From Bacteroidota bacterium (GTDB lineage Bacteria; Bacteroidota; Bacteroidia; Flavobacteriales; Flavobacteriaceae), in the NCBI GenBank assembly GCA_039798665.1, contig JBDKFO010000002.1:3990-67989 (forward strand): a DNA stretch of 64,000 nt. The letters run 5' to 3'. Shown in pieces: positions 50,330 to 58,972 of this stretch. Position 1 is the stretch's first letter; the number at the start of each line of letters is the position of its first letter. The notes below the pieces were generated by a model. That model was not told where the DNA came from and searched no databases. It was given only the letters and a program-made list of their open reading frames with translations. Position numbers and translations under genes: made by a program.

Positions 50330-51319
50330 ATGATTAAAATTGGCCCCATAGAACTTCCCGATTTTCCGCTGCTTTTGGCACCCATGGAAGACGTGAGCGA
50401 TCCGCCGTTTCGACGCCTGTGCAAAACCCATGGTGCCGATTTGATGTTTAGCGAATTTATTTCCTCTGAGGGACTCATCCGCGACGCGATTAAAAGCCGT
50501 CAAAAACTAGACATTTTTGATTACGAACGGCCCGTAGGAATCCAGATTTTTGGGGGCGACGAAGAAGCCATGGGCTTATCATCGAAAATAGTCACCACCG
50601 TACAACCCGATATCATCGACATCAATTTTGGTTGTCCGGTAAAAAAAGTAGTGTGCAAAGGCGCCGGGGCAGCGGTACTCAAAGACGTCGATTTGATGGT
50701 GAAACTCACCCAGGCGGTCATCAAAGGCACCAATTTACCCGTTACCGTAAAAACGCGTTTGGGTTGGGACGAAAACACCATTAACATTGACGAGGTGGCC
50801 GAGCGCTTGCAAGACATCGGCGTGCAAGCCTTGTCTATTCACGGCCGAACCCGCGCTCAACTCTACAAAGGCGAAGCCGATTGGTCGCACATTGCCCGGG
50901 TAAAAAACAACCCGCGCATTACCATGCCTATTTTTGGCAACGGCGACATTGATTCGCCTGAAAAAGCGCTGGAATACAAAAACAAATACGGCATAGACGG
51001 CATCATGATAGGCCGCGCTGCGATAGGCTATCCTTGGATTTTCAACGAAATCAAACACTACATGGTCACTGGCGAACATTTGCCCAAACCCACCATGGCC
51101 GATCGCGTGGAGGCCGCCAAAAACCACTTAAGCTGGGCGATGGAATGGAAAGGCGAACGCTTGGGCATTGTAGAAACCCGTCGTCATTACACCAATTATT
51201 TTAAGGGAATTCCCAACTTTAAAGACATTCGCTCGCAGTTGGTCACCGAAGATGAGCCAGAGGTTTTATTTGGTTTATTGAATCGTGCGGCCGAAACCTA
51301 CCGCGATTTGGTGTTGTAG
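50330..51319 (+). CDS. dusB: tRNA-dihydrouridine synthase B
   Basis: LAPMEDVSD, DINFGCP, TVKTRLG, IHGRTRAQ, GNGDI, MIGRAA; TAATTTTG promoter at 50307-50314. Confidence 0.95.
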   Translation: MIKIGPIELPDFPLLLAPMEDVSDPPFRRLCKTHGADLMFSEFISSEGLIRDAIKSRQKLDIFDYERPVGIQIFGGDEEAMGLSSKIVTTVQPDIIDINFGCPVKKVVCKGAGAAVLKDVDLMVKLTQAVIKGTNLPVTVKTRLGWDENTINIDEVAERLQDIGVQALSIHGRTRAQLYKGEADWSHIARVKNNPRITMPIFGNGDIDSPEKALEYKNKYGIDGIMIGRAAIGYPWIFNEIKHYMVTGEHLPKPTMADRVEAAKNHLSWAMEWKGERLGIVETRRHYTNYFKGIPNFKDIRSQLVTEDEPEVLFGLLNRAAETYRDLVL

Positions 51320-51321
51320 GT

Positions 51322-51408
51322 GAGTGAGCGGGTGAAGCAGCATCCTTTTGCTAGGCGTTAGCGCGCAAAAGATACCGCGAAAGACGCGACCCGCAGGGGC
51401 ACTCCCAA
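51322..51408 (-). ncRNA. Flavo-1-like nested stem-loop element between convergent genes
   Basis: Minus strand gggagtg...gcgggt...gcggtatcttttgc-loop-gcaaaaggatgctgc...acccgc.cactc: three nested complementary pairs. Confidence 0.45.
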
Positions 51409-51409
51409 C

Positions 51410-52606
51410 TTAATCCAGCATTTTTTTAGATACGCGGCTCGAGGCAATCCACGAAGCGGTGATGCCCAATACGCTAATGGTAGCCAAAACGATTACCGCA
51501 TTTTCTAGGGTGAATACTACCGGATAGGCCAAGGTTGGGGTAATCATGATGAACTGAAATTGTTGTTGCAGCAACACCAAAAGGATGCCCAGCAACAAAC
51601 CAAATAATCCGCCAAATACACTTAAGAGCGAGCCCTGCCACAAAAAAATACGGCGCAAATCGCGCACGGGCGTACCCAAATTGTATAAGGTTTTGAGGTT
51701 GTTTTTCTTGTCGAGGATCATCATGATGAGCGCGCCAATCAAGTTAAACAGCGCGATGATAATCACCAAGGTAAAGATCAGGTAAACCGCCACGTTTTCG
51801 GTATTGAGCATTTTGTACAAACTGTCGTTGAGTTGTGCTCTGTTTTTAATGCGAATATTCGGAAATATCACTTGAATTTGCTTGTTGATAGCAGCTTCGT
51901 CGGCTTGAGGCGTGAGTTTTATCTCGATGCTACTGATTCGGTTTTGCGGGTATTCAAGTAGCGCTTGCACCAAGTCAAGATTGGCAAACACATATTTACT
52001 ATCCAAATCTTCGCTGATGGCATAGACACCAACCGGTGCGAGTGTAGTTTTGTTGAAGGCTTCGTCGGGATTGTCAATGGCGCCTTTACCCGGACGCGGC
52101 ACATAGACTTCGAGCGGATTGTTGAAATCGTACAAACCCAAAGATAATTTTTGACAAATGCCATAACCCACCACTACCTCGTTGCTGAGCGGTGTAATCC
52201 AATTGCCTTGGTATACTAGTTTTTTTTGGGGAATTACCTGTCCAAATTGCGCGTCGGTTCCTTTGATGTACGTAACTATTTCTTTTCCGTCAAAGCGAAA
52301 CAAGACCCGTTCTTCGATGATTTTGCTGTGGGATTTGATGCCTTTTATCGCGTGCAGTTGTTTTTCTTGCGCAGGACTTATCGCAAATGATTTTCCTTGG
52401 CTGCTTTCTAGTTTGAGGTCGGGATCAAAGGCCGAGGAGAAGGATAAACTAAATTCTTTGAGTCCGCTAAACACCGATAAAACCACAAACAAGGCCATGG
52501 CACCCACAATAATTCCCAACGAAGCAATGCGATTAATAATGTTGATCGCTTTGCTTTTGCTGGCACTGCGCAAATACCGTTTGGCTATGTAAAGGGCAAA
52601 ACTCAA
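51410..52606 (-). CDS. LolC/E (FtsX-like) ABC transporter permease
   Basis: IAKRYL, N-terminal TM, periplasmic MacB domain, three C-terminal TMs, KKNNLKTLYNLG EAA-like motif. Confidence 0.88.
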   Translation of the reverse strand: MSFALYIAKRYLRSASKSKAINIINRIASLGIIVGAMALFVVLSVFSGLKEFSLSFSSAFDPDLKLESSQGKSFAISPAQEKQLHAIKGIKSHSKIIEERVLFRFDGKEIVTYIKGTDAQFGQVIPQKKLVYQGNWITPLSNEVVVGYGICQKLSLGLYDFNNPLEVYVPRPGKGAIDNPDEAFNKTTLAPVGVYAISEDLDSKYVFANLDLVQALLEYPQNRISSIEIKLTPQADEAAINKQIQVIFPNIRIKNRAQLNDSLYKMLNTENVAVYLIFTLVIIIALFNLIGALIMMILDKKNNLKTLYNLGTPVRDLRRIFLWQGSLLSVFGGLFGLLLGILLVLLQQQFQFIMITPTLAYPVVFTLENAVIVLATISVLGITASWIASSRVSKKMLD

Positions 52607-52607
52607 C

Positions 52608-53000
52608 TTAGAATTTTCTACGGCGGTCTAGTAATTCGCGGTGTTCTATCGGGTTTTCTTTGTCTGACAAGGCACGGTCAATTTTTTCGATGTAATCGAG
52701 CGAGTCGTCGATAAAAAAATGCAAGTTGGGCACTTTGCGCAATTGCAAACGCACCCGTTGTGAGAGGTCGTGTTTAATTAAGGCCGAATTTGATTTGATG
52801 GCCGCCAAAGTTTCGGGACCTTTTTCGGGCGGAAAAATACTGAGGTGCACGGTGGCAATAGACAAATCAGTCGTAACGCTCACTTTGGAGACCGAGATCA
52901 CCAAATTGGCAATGCCGTTTTTGCGAATTTCTCCTTGTAAAATATCTACCAAATCTTTTTGGATTACGCCGCCTATTTTCTTTTGTCTATTTGTTTCCAT
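52608..53000 (-). CDS. rbfA: 30S ribosome-binding factor A
   Basis: RQKKIGGVIQKDL, VSVTTDLSIA, LRKVPNLHFFIDDSL; TATTTTTG box at 53005-53012. Confidence 0.95.
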   Translation of the reverse strand: METNRQKKIGGVIQKDLVDILQGEIRKNGIANLVISVSKVSVTTDLSIATVHLSIFPPEKGPETLAAIKSNSALIKHDLSQRVRLQLRKVPNLHFFIDDSLDYIEKIDRALSDKENPIEHRELLDRRRKF

Positions 53001-53067
53001 GCCGCAAAAATACGATATGTGTTCAATTAATAATTAATAATTAAAAATTAATAATGATGGTGGTTGT

Positions 53068-53150
53068 TTGGGAGCTTCGTCCTGCTCTGCGCTTCAAGCT
53101 GTTGTGCCAAACCCCGGCACAACAGGCTATCCGCTTCGATCAGGGCTAGG
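53068..53150 (+). ncRNA. Structured intergenic element related to 51322-51408
   Basis: cctg(53081)...ctgttgtgcc/ggcacaacag hairpin...ccgcttcgat-cagg(53141). Confidence 0.35.
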
Positions 53151-53220
53151 CAGTGCATAAAATGTACTTTTTTGCCAACCATCCCAAAAACTTTGCGAAA
53201 TTTGACGCAAAAGAAATTCC

Positions 53221-53622
53221 ATGAGAAAAATAGAGCACATTGGCATCGCCGTAAAAGATTTGTCTGCCTCCAATCTGGTATTCGAAAAATTGTTTGGCGC
53301 GCCGCCCTACAAACAAGAATCGGTAGAAAGCGAAGGCGTGAACACCTCTTTTTTTGCCAGCGGACCCAACAAAATAGAATTGCTTGAGGCCACTCATCCC
53401 GATAGCCCCATTGCCAAATTTATCGAGAAAAAAGGCGAAGGCATTCACCACATTGCTTTTGATGTGGCCGACATCCAAGTCGAAGTGTCCCGTTTGCAAG
53501 CCGAAGGATTTGTGGTGCTCAACGAAACGCCCAAGCGCGGTGCGGATAATAAATGGGTGGTTTTTTTGCATCCCAAATCGACCAACGGCGTGTTAATTGA
53601 GTTGTGTCAGGAGATCGAATAA
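53221..53622 (+). CDS. mce: Methylmalonyl-CoA epimerase
   Basis: IEHIGIAV, KIELLE, GEGIHHIAF, FLHPKSTNGVLIELC (VOC fold). Confidence 0.93.
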   Translation: MRKIEHIGIAVKDLSASNLVFEKLFGAPPYKQESVESEGVNTSFFASGPNKIELLEATHPDSPIAKFIEKKGEGIHHIAFDVADIQVEVSRLQAEGFVVLNETPKRGADNKWVVFLHPKSTNGVLIELCQEIE

Positions 53623-53779
53623 ATCGTTTTTTGGCGTTGCAAATTCCTTAGTTTATTATTGGTAGGAATGCAAAAAATGTTTGCAACCCAAGAATTTTTG
53701 TCCTAATATTGCAGCCTCTAAATAAAGCCTAGTCTATATTTATTGAACTTCAAAGCCAATAAAATCTTTGAAGTAAACC

Positions 53780-53853
53780 GGTCCTATAGCTCAGTTGGTT
53801 AGAGCACCTGACTCATAATCAGGTGGTCCTTGGTTCGAGCCCAAGTGGGACCA
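53780..53853 (+). tRNA. tRNA with CAT anticodon, most likely tRNA-Ile2 (lysidine); Met not excluded
   Basis: GGTCCTATAGCTCAGTTGGTTAGAGCACCTGACTCATAATCAGGTGGTCCTTGGTTCGAGCCCAAGTGGGACCA: cloverleaf, anticodon loop CTCATAA, CCA not encoded. Confidence 0.93.
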
Positions 53854-53962
53854 CAACCAAAAGCCTTGCAGAAATGTGAGGCTTTTCGTTAGGATTTGAA
53901 AGTTTTAAAATAGGTTTTAAAAAATTTTGAAAGAACAATTTTTTAATTACTTTTACACACTT

Positions 53963-54172
53963 ATGAAAAAGGCCCCTTACATAATTGCCCTATTGATGAC
54001 ACTGCTTTGTGGTGTATACTCGGTTGAGGCTCGAAATGGACCACCGCCACCGGGCGTTCCACCACCACCAGGATTGCCAATAGACCAAGGTGTTTTGGTT
54101 CTCCTTTTTATAGGAATTGCAACAGCTTATTATGTATTTACACACAAATCAAATAGAAAAACTTCGATGTAA
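53963..54172 (+). CDS. Small Pro-rich protein with PID-CTERM-like sorting signal
   Basis: Signal peptide, NGPPPPGVPPPPGL-PID-QG, hydrophobic TM and basic tail HKSNRK; followed by a terminator-like hairpin. Start ATG 53963. Confidence 0.75.
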   Translation: MKKAPYIIALLMTLLCGVYSVEARNGPPPPGVPPPPGLPIDQGVLVLLFIGIATAYYVFTHKSNRKTSM

Positions 54173-54327
54173 ATCGGAGTTTTTTGTTTTTTGAGCAGTT
54201 CTTGAGCTATCAGCTTTCAGCCGTTAGCTTTGAGTCGAAAGTCAAAAGTCGTAAAGTCAAAAGCAATTATACTAAGTCTATTTTTTGTTTCTTTTTCATC
54301 AAGGAAAAAGAAAGGATTAACGATTGA

Positions 54328-54355
54328 TTCGCCAGTTCGAGCAAAGCTCTCGGGT
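54328..54355. repeat. Dispersed 28-bp REP-like element, copy 2
   Basis: Identical to 8642-8669. Confidence 0.75.
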
Positions 54356-54555
54356 AACGAATGTTGATTTGTGAATTAAGATGTAATCTAAGAAACACTG
54401 TAAACTGTCAACCGTTAACTTACAGCTAATCAAAACACACCCCCAGCCCCTCTCAAGAGGGGAGTTTTGTGAAGTATACTAAGACGACTTTTAGCTCTTA
54501 GCCACATGCACGAATATTTTTAGATGAGAGATTTAAAGAGGAGAGACAATCTGAA

Positions 54556-54571
54556 TCCCGACACTTCGGGA
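54556..54571. repeat. CCGAYACWTCGG-core palindrome
   Basis: tcccgacacttcggga; same core as the palindrome in the tRNA-Leu repeats and ttccgatacatcggaa at 58927-58942. Confidence 0.65.
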
Positions 54572-54671
54572 CCAAAACTTCGGGACTAAAAGTTCAGGGC
54601 ACTACAGATCCTGGAAAATGAAATCTTTCCAGCTTTAGAACAGACAACCGAGATCGGATAACTGACAACTT

Positions 54672-55262
54672 CTAAACTCTCAACGCATGCAATCGGCTCA
54701 CATATTTGCCAATCACATCAAATTCTAAATTTACTTGGGTGCCCACTGCAAAGGAGTGAAAATTAGTGTGCTCATAGGTATAGGGAATAATGGCCACGCT
54801 AAAGGCATTGGCTTTGGAGTTGACCACCGTGAGGCTCACACCATTTACTGTAATGGATCCTTTTTCGATGGTAATATTGTGTAGGCTAGGGTTGTACTCA
54901 AAACTAAAATACCAGCTCCCGTCGGCTTCTCGAATTTCGGTGCAAATTCCGGTTTGGTCTACGTGGCCTTGCACGATGTGGCCATCAAGTCGCGCGCCCA
55001 ATAGCATGGCACGTTCCAAATTAATCACATCGCCTACCGCCCAGCTTTCAATATTGGTTTTCAAGCAAGTTTCCTGAATGGCTGTTACCGTGTAGGTAGA
55101 ATCTGTCTTAGAAACGACCGTAAGGCAAACACCATTGTGGGCTACGCTTTGGTCAATTTTTAATTCATTGGTTAAAGTCGATTGAACCGTGAGGTGCAGG
55201 TTTTCCTGTTCTTTTTTTACTTCGACTAGCGTGCCTAGGGTTTCTATGATTCCTGTAAACAT
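54672..55262 (-). CDS. ribE: Riboflavin synthase
   Basis: MFTGII, SVAHNGVCLTV, INLERA, GHIVQGHVD, KGSITVNGVSLTV, VNLEFDVIGKY. Confidence 0.96.
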   Translation of the reverse strand: MFTGIIETLGTLVEVKKEQENLHLTVQSTLTNELKIDQSVAHNGVCLTVVSKTDSTYTVTAIQETCLKTNIESWAVGDVINLERAMLLGARLDGHIVQGHVDQTGICTEIREADGSWYFSFEYNPSLHNITIEKGSITVNGVSLTVVNSKANAFSVAIIPYTYEHTNFHSFAVGTQVNLEFDVIGKYVSRLHALRV

Positions 55263-55322
55263 TGTGGTTTTATTTTACTAAATTTGCCCGTCAAAATTAG
55301 CAATAAATACCCGGTAGTACCC

Positions 55323-56384
55323 ATGAAAAAAGCAGAAAATATATTGGTTGGAATTTCCATCGGAGATTTAAACGGGATAGGCAGTGAAGTGGTTTTAAAC
55401 ACTTTTGAAGACGCACGTATGTTGGAGTTGTGTACGCCGGTAATCTTTGCTAATGTCAAGTTGCTTTCGTTCATTAAAAAGACAATCGAAACAACGGCTA
55501 TGTTTCATGGAATTGACACCTTGGATCAAGTGGTAGTTGGCAAAATTAATGTGCTCAATGTATGGCGCGATTCTGTCGATTTGACCTTTGGAGAGGCGAC
55601 TGAATTGGGTGGAAGCTATGGCATCAAATCATTCGTGGCCGCTACGAAAGCTTTAAAAGAAGGGAAAATAGATGTCCTAGTTACGGCGCCTATCAATAAA
55701 TTCAACGCCCAATCGGAAGAGTTTACATTCCCCGGCCACACCGATTATTTGGCACAAGAATTAGAAGGCAATGCCTTGATGTTGATGGTACAAGATCGCT
55801 TACGTGTGGGTTTACTCACCGATCATGTACCGGTAAACGAGGTAGCTCAGCATTTAACTGAAAAATTATTAACCGAGAAAATCGAAACCATCCGTAAGAC
55901 CTTGGTGCAAGATTTTAGTTTGGTAAAACCAAAAATTGCGGTCCTAGGACTTAATCCACATAGCGGAGATAATGGAGTAATTGGCAAAGAAGAAGAAACC
56001 ATTATCAAGCCCACCATCAAAAAAATTGCCGAAAAAGGCACTTTGGTGTACGGTCCTTTCCCTGCCGATGGTTTTTTTGGCAGCAACCAATACGAAAAGT
56101 ACGACGCGGTTTTGGCGATGTATCATGACCAAGGCTTGGTGCCGTTTAAAACTTTGTCGTTTGGAAGAGGTGTAAATTTCACCGCCGGTTTGTCAAAAAT
56201 TAGAACCTCACCCGATCACGGAACGGCCTTTGATATTGCAGGCAAAGGAGTAGCCGATTTTAATTCGTTTAAAGAAGCGGTGTATTTGGCGATTGACGTT
56301 TTTCACTCCCGTAATCAGCACCTCGAAATTAGCGCTAATCCGATGAGAATCAGAGAAATAAAAGAAGAGAAAAATATTCGCTAA
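55323..56384 (+). CDS. pdxA: 4-hydroxythreonine-4-phosphate dehydrogenase
   Basis: ISIGDLNGIGSE, VTAPINK, GHTDYL, GLNPHSGD, AMYHDQG, RTSPDHGTAFDIAGKG; TAAATTTG promoter at 55279-55286. Start ATG 55323. Confidence 0.96.
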   Translation: MKKAENILVGISIGDLNGIGSEVVLNTFEDARMLELCTPVIFANVKLLSFIKKTIETTAMFHGIDTLDQVVVGKINVLNVWRDSVDLTFGEATELGGSYGIKSFVAATKALKEGKIDVLVTAPINKFNAQSEEFTFPGHTDYLAQELEGNALMLMVQDRLRVGLLTDHVPVNEVAQHLTEKLLTEKIETIRKTLVQDFSLVKPKIAVLGLNPHSGDNGVIGKEEETIIKPTIKKIAEKGTLVYGPFPADGFFGSNQYEKYDAVLAMYHDQGLVPFKTLSFGRGVNFTAGLSKIRTSPDHGTAFDIAGKGVADFNSFKEAVYLAIDVFHSRNQHLEISANPMRIREIKEEKNIR

Positions 56385-56423
56385 AAAAATACGCGCGACA
56401 TTTTTGATTGTACAATAAATTTA

Positions 56424-56431
56424 TATCTTTG
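56424..56431 (+). promoter_or_regulatory. -7 element (TATCTTTG) for the yceD-rpmF operon
   Basis: TAnnTTTG consensus. Confidence 0.65.
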
Positions 56432-56464
56432 CGCTCCCGATTCGTTCGGTAAATTGGTGTCAAA

Positions 56465-57001
56465 ATGAAACAGTTAAATGAATTTTTAATTCCTTTTTTA
56501 GGGTTAAAGTTAGGAAAACACCAATTTGAATATCAGATTAACAATACGTTCTTTGACCGCTTTGATTACCGGGAATTTGAAAGTTCCGACATCAAAGTAA
56601 AAGTAGTACTAGAAAAGAAACCAAGCTTTTTAGAGCTCAGCTTCAAACACAACGGAACCATTCACGTGCCTTGTGATGTAACTGGCGAAGAGTTTGATTT
56701 GCCCCTTAAAGGAAAAATCAATTTGGTGGTGCAATTTGGCGAGCAATTCAATGACGACAACGAAGAGTTATTGATTTTACCTCACGGGGAACACCAGCTA
56801 GACCTGTCACAATATATCTATGAGATGATCGTACTTTCTATTCCCTATAGAAAAGAACATCCTGGAATTAAAGCAGGTACTTTGCAAACCCCAGCACTTG
56901 ACACCTTAAAAGCCTTATCAGTTTCGGCTCCAAGTACACCAGAACAAGAAATTATAGACCCACGTTGGGATAAATTAAAGCAACTATTAACGGATAAATA
57001 A
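56465..57001 (+). CDS. yceD: YceD/DUF177 23S rRNA accumulation protein
   Basis: Directly upstream of rpmF; PCDVTGE, LDLSQYIYE and terminal DPRWDKLKQL motif. Confidence 0.9.
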   Translation: MKQLNEFLIPFLGLKLGKHQFEYQINNTFFDRFDYREFESSDIKVKVVLEKKPSFLELSFKHNGTIHVPCDVTGEEFDLPLKGKINLVVQFGEQFNDDNEELLILPHGEHQLDLSQYIYEMIVLSIPYRKEHPGIKAGTLQTPALDTLKALSVSAPSTPEQEIIDPRWDKLKQLLTDK

Positions 57002-57010
57002 TACAGTAAA

Positions 57011-57208
57011 ATGGCACATCCTAAGAGAAAAGTCTCCAAGACAAGAAGAGATAAAAGAAGAACACATTATAAAGCAACTGTTGCTCAAATCGCAACTTGC
57101 CCAATCACTGGTGAAGCGCATTTGTACCACAGAGCCTACTGGCATGAAGGTAAAATGTACTACAGAGGACAAGTGGTTATTGACAAATCGCCTGTAGCGC
57201 TTGCCTAA
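57011..57208 (+). CDS. rpmF: 50S ribosomal protein L32
   Basis: [19 protein letters not shown]...CP.TGE.HL.HRA. Confidence 0.97.
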   Translation: MAHPKRKVSKTRRDKRRTHYKATVAQIATCPITGEAHLYHRAYWHEGKMYYRGQVVIDKSPVALA

Positions 57209-57368
57209 TACAATCAAATAAAACAGCAAAAACTCTCACCAATGTGGGAGTTTTTCTTGTTTATATTGGGGCATAAATTACCCGTTTTAAAACAAATTAG
57301 ATTTCAATTTTTTTTGTAATTTCCAACACTTTATCAAAGGAAACTTTGTAAAGAAATAGCAAACATTT

Positions 57369-58367
57369 ATGAGTACAATTACCGCTGCCATTACTGCTGT
57401 AGGTTCCTATGTTCCCGACTTTGTGTTAACCAATAAACTATTGGAAACACTAGTAGAAACCAATGACGAATGGATTACTTCCCGTACCGGAATTCGCGAA
57501 CGAAGAATACTAAAAGGAGATAAACTAGGGACTTCATTTTTGGCCATCAAAGCGGCTGAAGATTTAATTCAAAAAAACGGTATTGATCCCTCAGAAATTG
57601 ACGCCGTTATTGTTGCTACGACTACACCCGATATGCCCGTTGCTGCTACCGCCGTTTACGTGGCTTCACAAATAGGCGCGGTAAACGCCTTTGCGTATGA
57701 CTTACAAGCAGCTTGTTCTGGATTTTTATACGGCATGTCTACCTGTGCGGCCTATGTACAAGCTGGTCGTTACAAAAAAGTATTGTTAATTGGGGCAGAC
57801 AAAATGTCCTCTATCATCGATTATACCGATCGCGCTACTTGCATTATTTTTGGTGATGGCGCTGGCGCTGTTTTGTTCGAGCCCAATCACGAAGGACTAG
57901 GCTTGCAAGACGAGTTTTTGCGTAGCGACGGAATTGGTCGTGAATATTTGAAGATTGATGCAGGTGGATCAATTTTGCCTTCTTCTGCTGAAACAGTAGA
58001 AAACCGCCAACATTATGTGTTTCAAGACGGAAAAACTGTTTTTAAATATGCCGTTACGGGCATGGCCGATGTGAGCGAAAAAATTATGCAACGCAACAAT
58101 CTAACCCACGACGATGTAGATTGGTTGATTGCACACCAAGCCAATCGACGCATTATTGATGCTACGGCATCACGCATGGGCGTTGACGAGAGTAAAGTAT
58201 TGATCAACATTGAGAAATACGGAAACACCACCTCGGCTACATTGCCTTTGCTATTAAGTGATTTTGAACATAAATTTAAAAAAGGTGACAACCTTATATT
58301 TGCTGCTTTTGGCGGTGGATTTACTTGGGGATCTATCTTTTTAAAATGGGCTTACGATAAAAAATAA
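57369..58367 (+). CDS. fabH: Beta-ketoacyl-ACP synthase III
   Basis: WITSRTGIRERR, AACSGF, FGDGAGA, HQANRRI, YGNTTSA, FGGGFTWG. Confidence 0.96.
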   Translation: MSTITAAITAVGSYVPDFVLTNKLLETLVETNDEWITSRTGIRERRILKGDKLGTSFLAIKAAEDLIQKNGIDPSEIDAVIVATTTPDMPVAATAVYVASQIGAVNAFAYDLQAACSGFLYGMSTCAAYVQAGRYKKVLLIGADKMSSIIDYTDRATCIIFGDGAGAVLFEPNHEGLGLQDEFLRSDGIGREYLKIDAGGSILPSSAETVENRQHYVFQDGKTVFKYAVTGMADVSEKIMQRNNLTHDDVDWLIAHQANRRIIDATASRMGVDESKVLINIEKYGNTTSATLPLLLSDFEHKFKKGDNLIFAAFGGGFTWGSIFLKWAYDKK

Positions 58368-58389
58368 ACTAAACTTAAATCAACGCATT

Positions 58390-58875
58390 ATGGATTTAAA
58401 AGAAATTCAAAACCTGATTAAATTTGTATCCAATTCAGGGGTTGCCGAAGTAAAATTAGAAACTGGAGACATCAAAATTACCATCAGAACTACACTTGAA
58501 GGCAATACTCCGGATATTACGTATGTGCAACAAGCACCTATGGCACAAGCTTTGCCAACCGCTGCTCCTGTAGCCGCATTGCCACAAGCACCTGCTGCTC
58601 CTGTAGCCGCTGCACCTGCTGCCGAAAACGCAAACTACATTACGGTAAAATCTCCCATGATTGGAACATTCTACAGAAAACCATCACCAGACAAACCCAT
58701 GTTTGTTGAGGTGGGTAGTTCAATCGGAAAAGGCGATGTATTGTGTGTAATTGAAGCCATGAAATTATTCAACGAAATCGAATCCGAAGTTTCGGGTAAA
58801 ATCGTTAAAATTTTAGTGGACGATATGTCACCAGTAGAATTTGATCAACCCTTATTCTTAGTTGATCCTTCTTAA
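58390..58875 (+). CDS. accB: Acetyl-CoA carboxylase biotin carboxyl carrier protein
   Basis: Ala/Pro linker, KSPMIGTFY and the EAMKLFNEI biotinylation site. Confidence 0.97.
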   Translation: MDLKEIQNLIKFVSNSGVAEVKLETGDIKITIRTTLEGNTPDITYVQQAPMAQALPTAAPVAALPQAPAAPVAAAPAAENANYITVKSPMIGTFYRKPSPDKPMFVEVGSSIGKGDVLCVIEAMKLFNEIESEVSGKIVKILVDDMSPVEFDQPLFLVDPS

Positions 58876-58972
58876 TTGTTTTGAAACTCCAATAATCAAA
58901 ATACAAGTTCCACTAGTGAATTTTGGTTCCGATACATCGGAATGGGATTTGTAATTTTAAAATTTATAAGCG

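Noticed and set aside
53780-54671. Genomic island integrated at tRNA(CAT)
   Set aside because: No integrase and no duplicated tRNA 3' end; only a small ORF and repeat patchwork follow.
47266-55322. TPP riboswitch before thiL or FMN riboswitch before the riboflavin synthase gene
   Set aside because: The upstream gaps are only ~20 and ~60 nt and lack the aptamer motifs.
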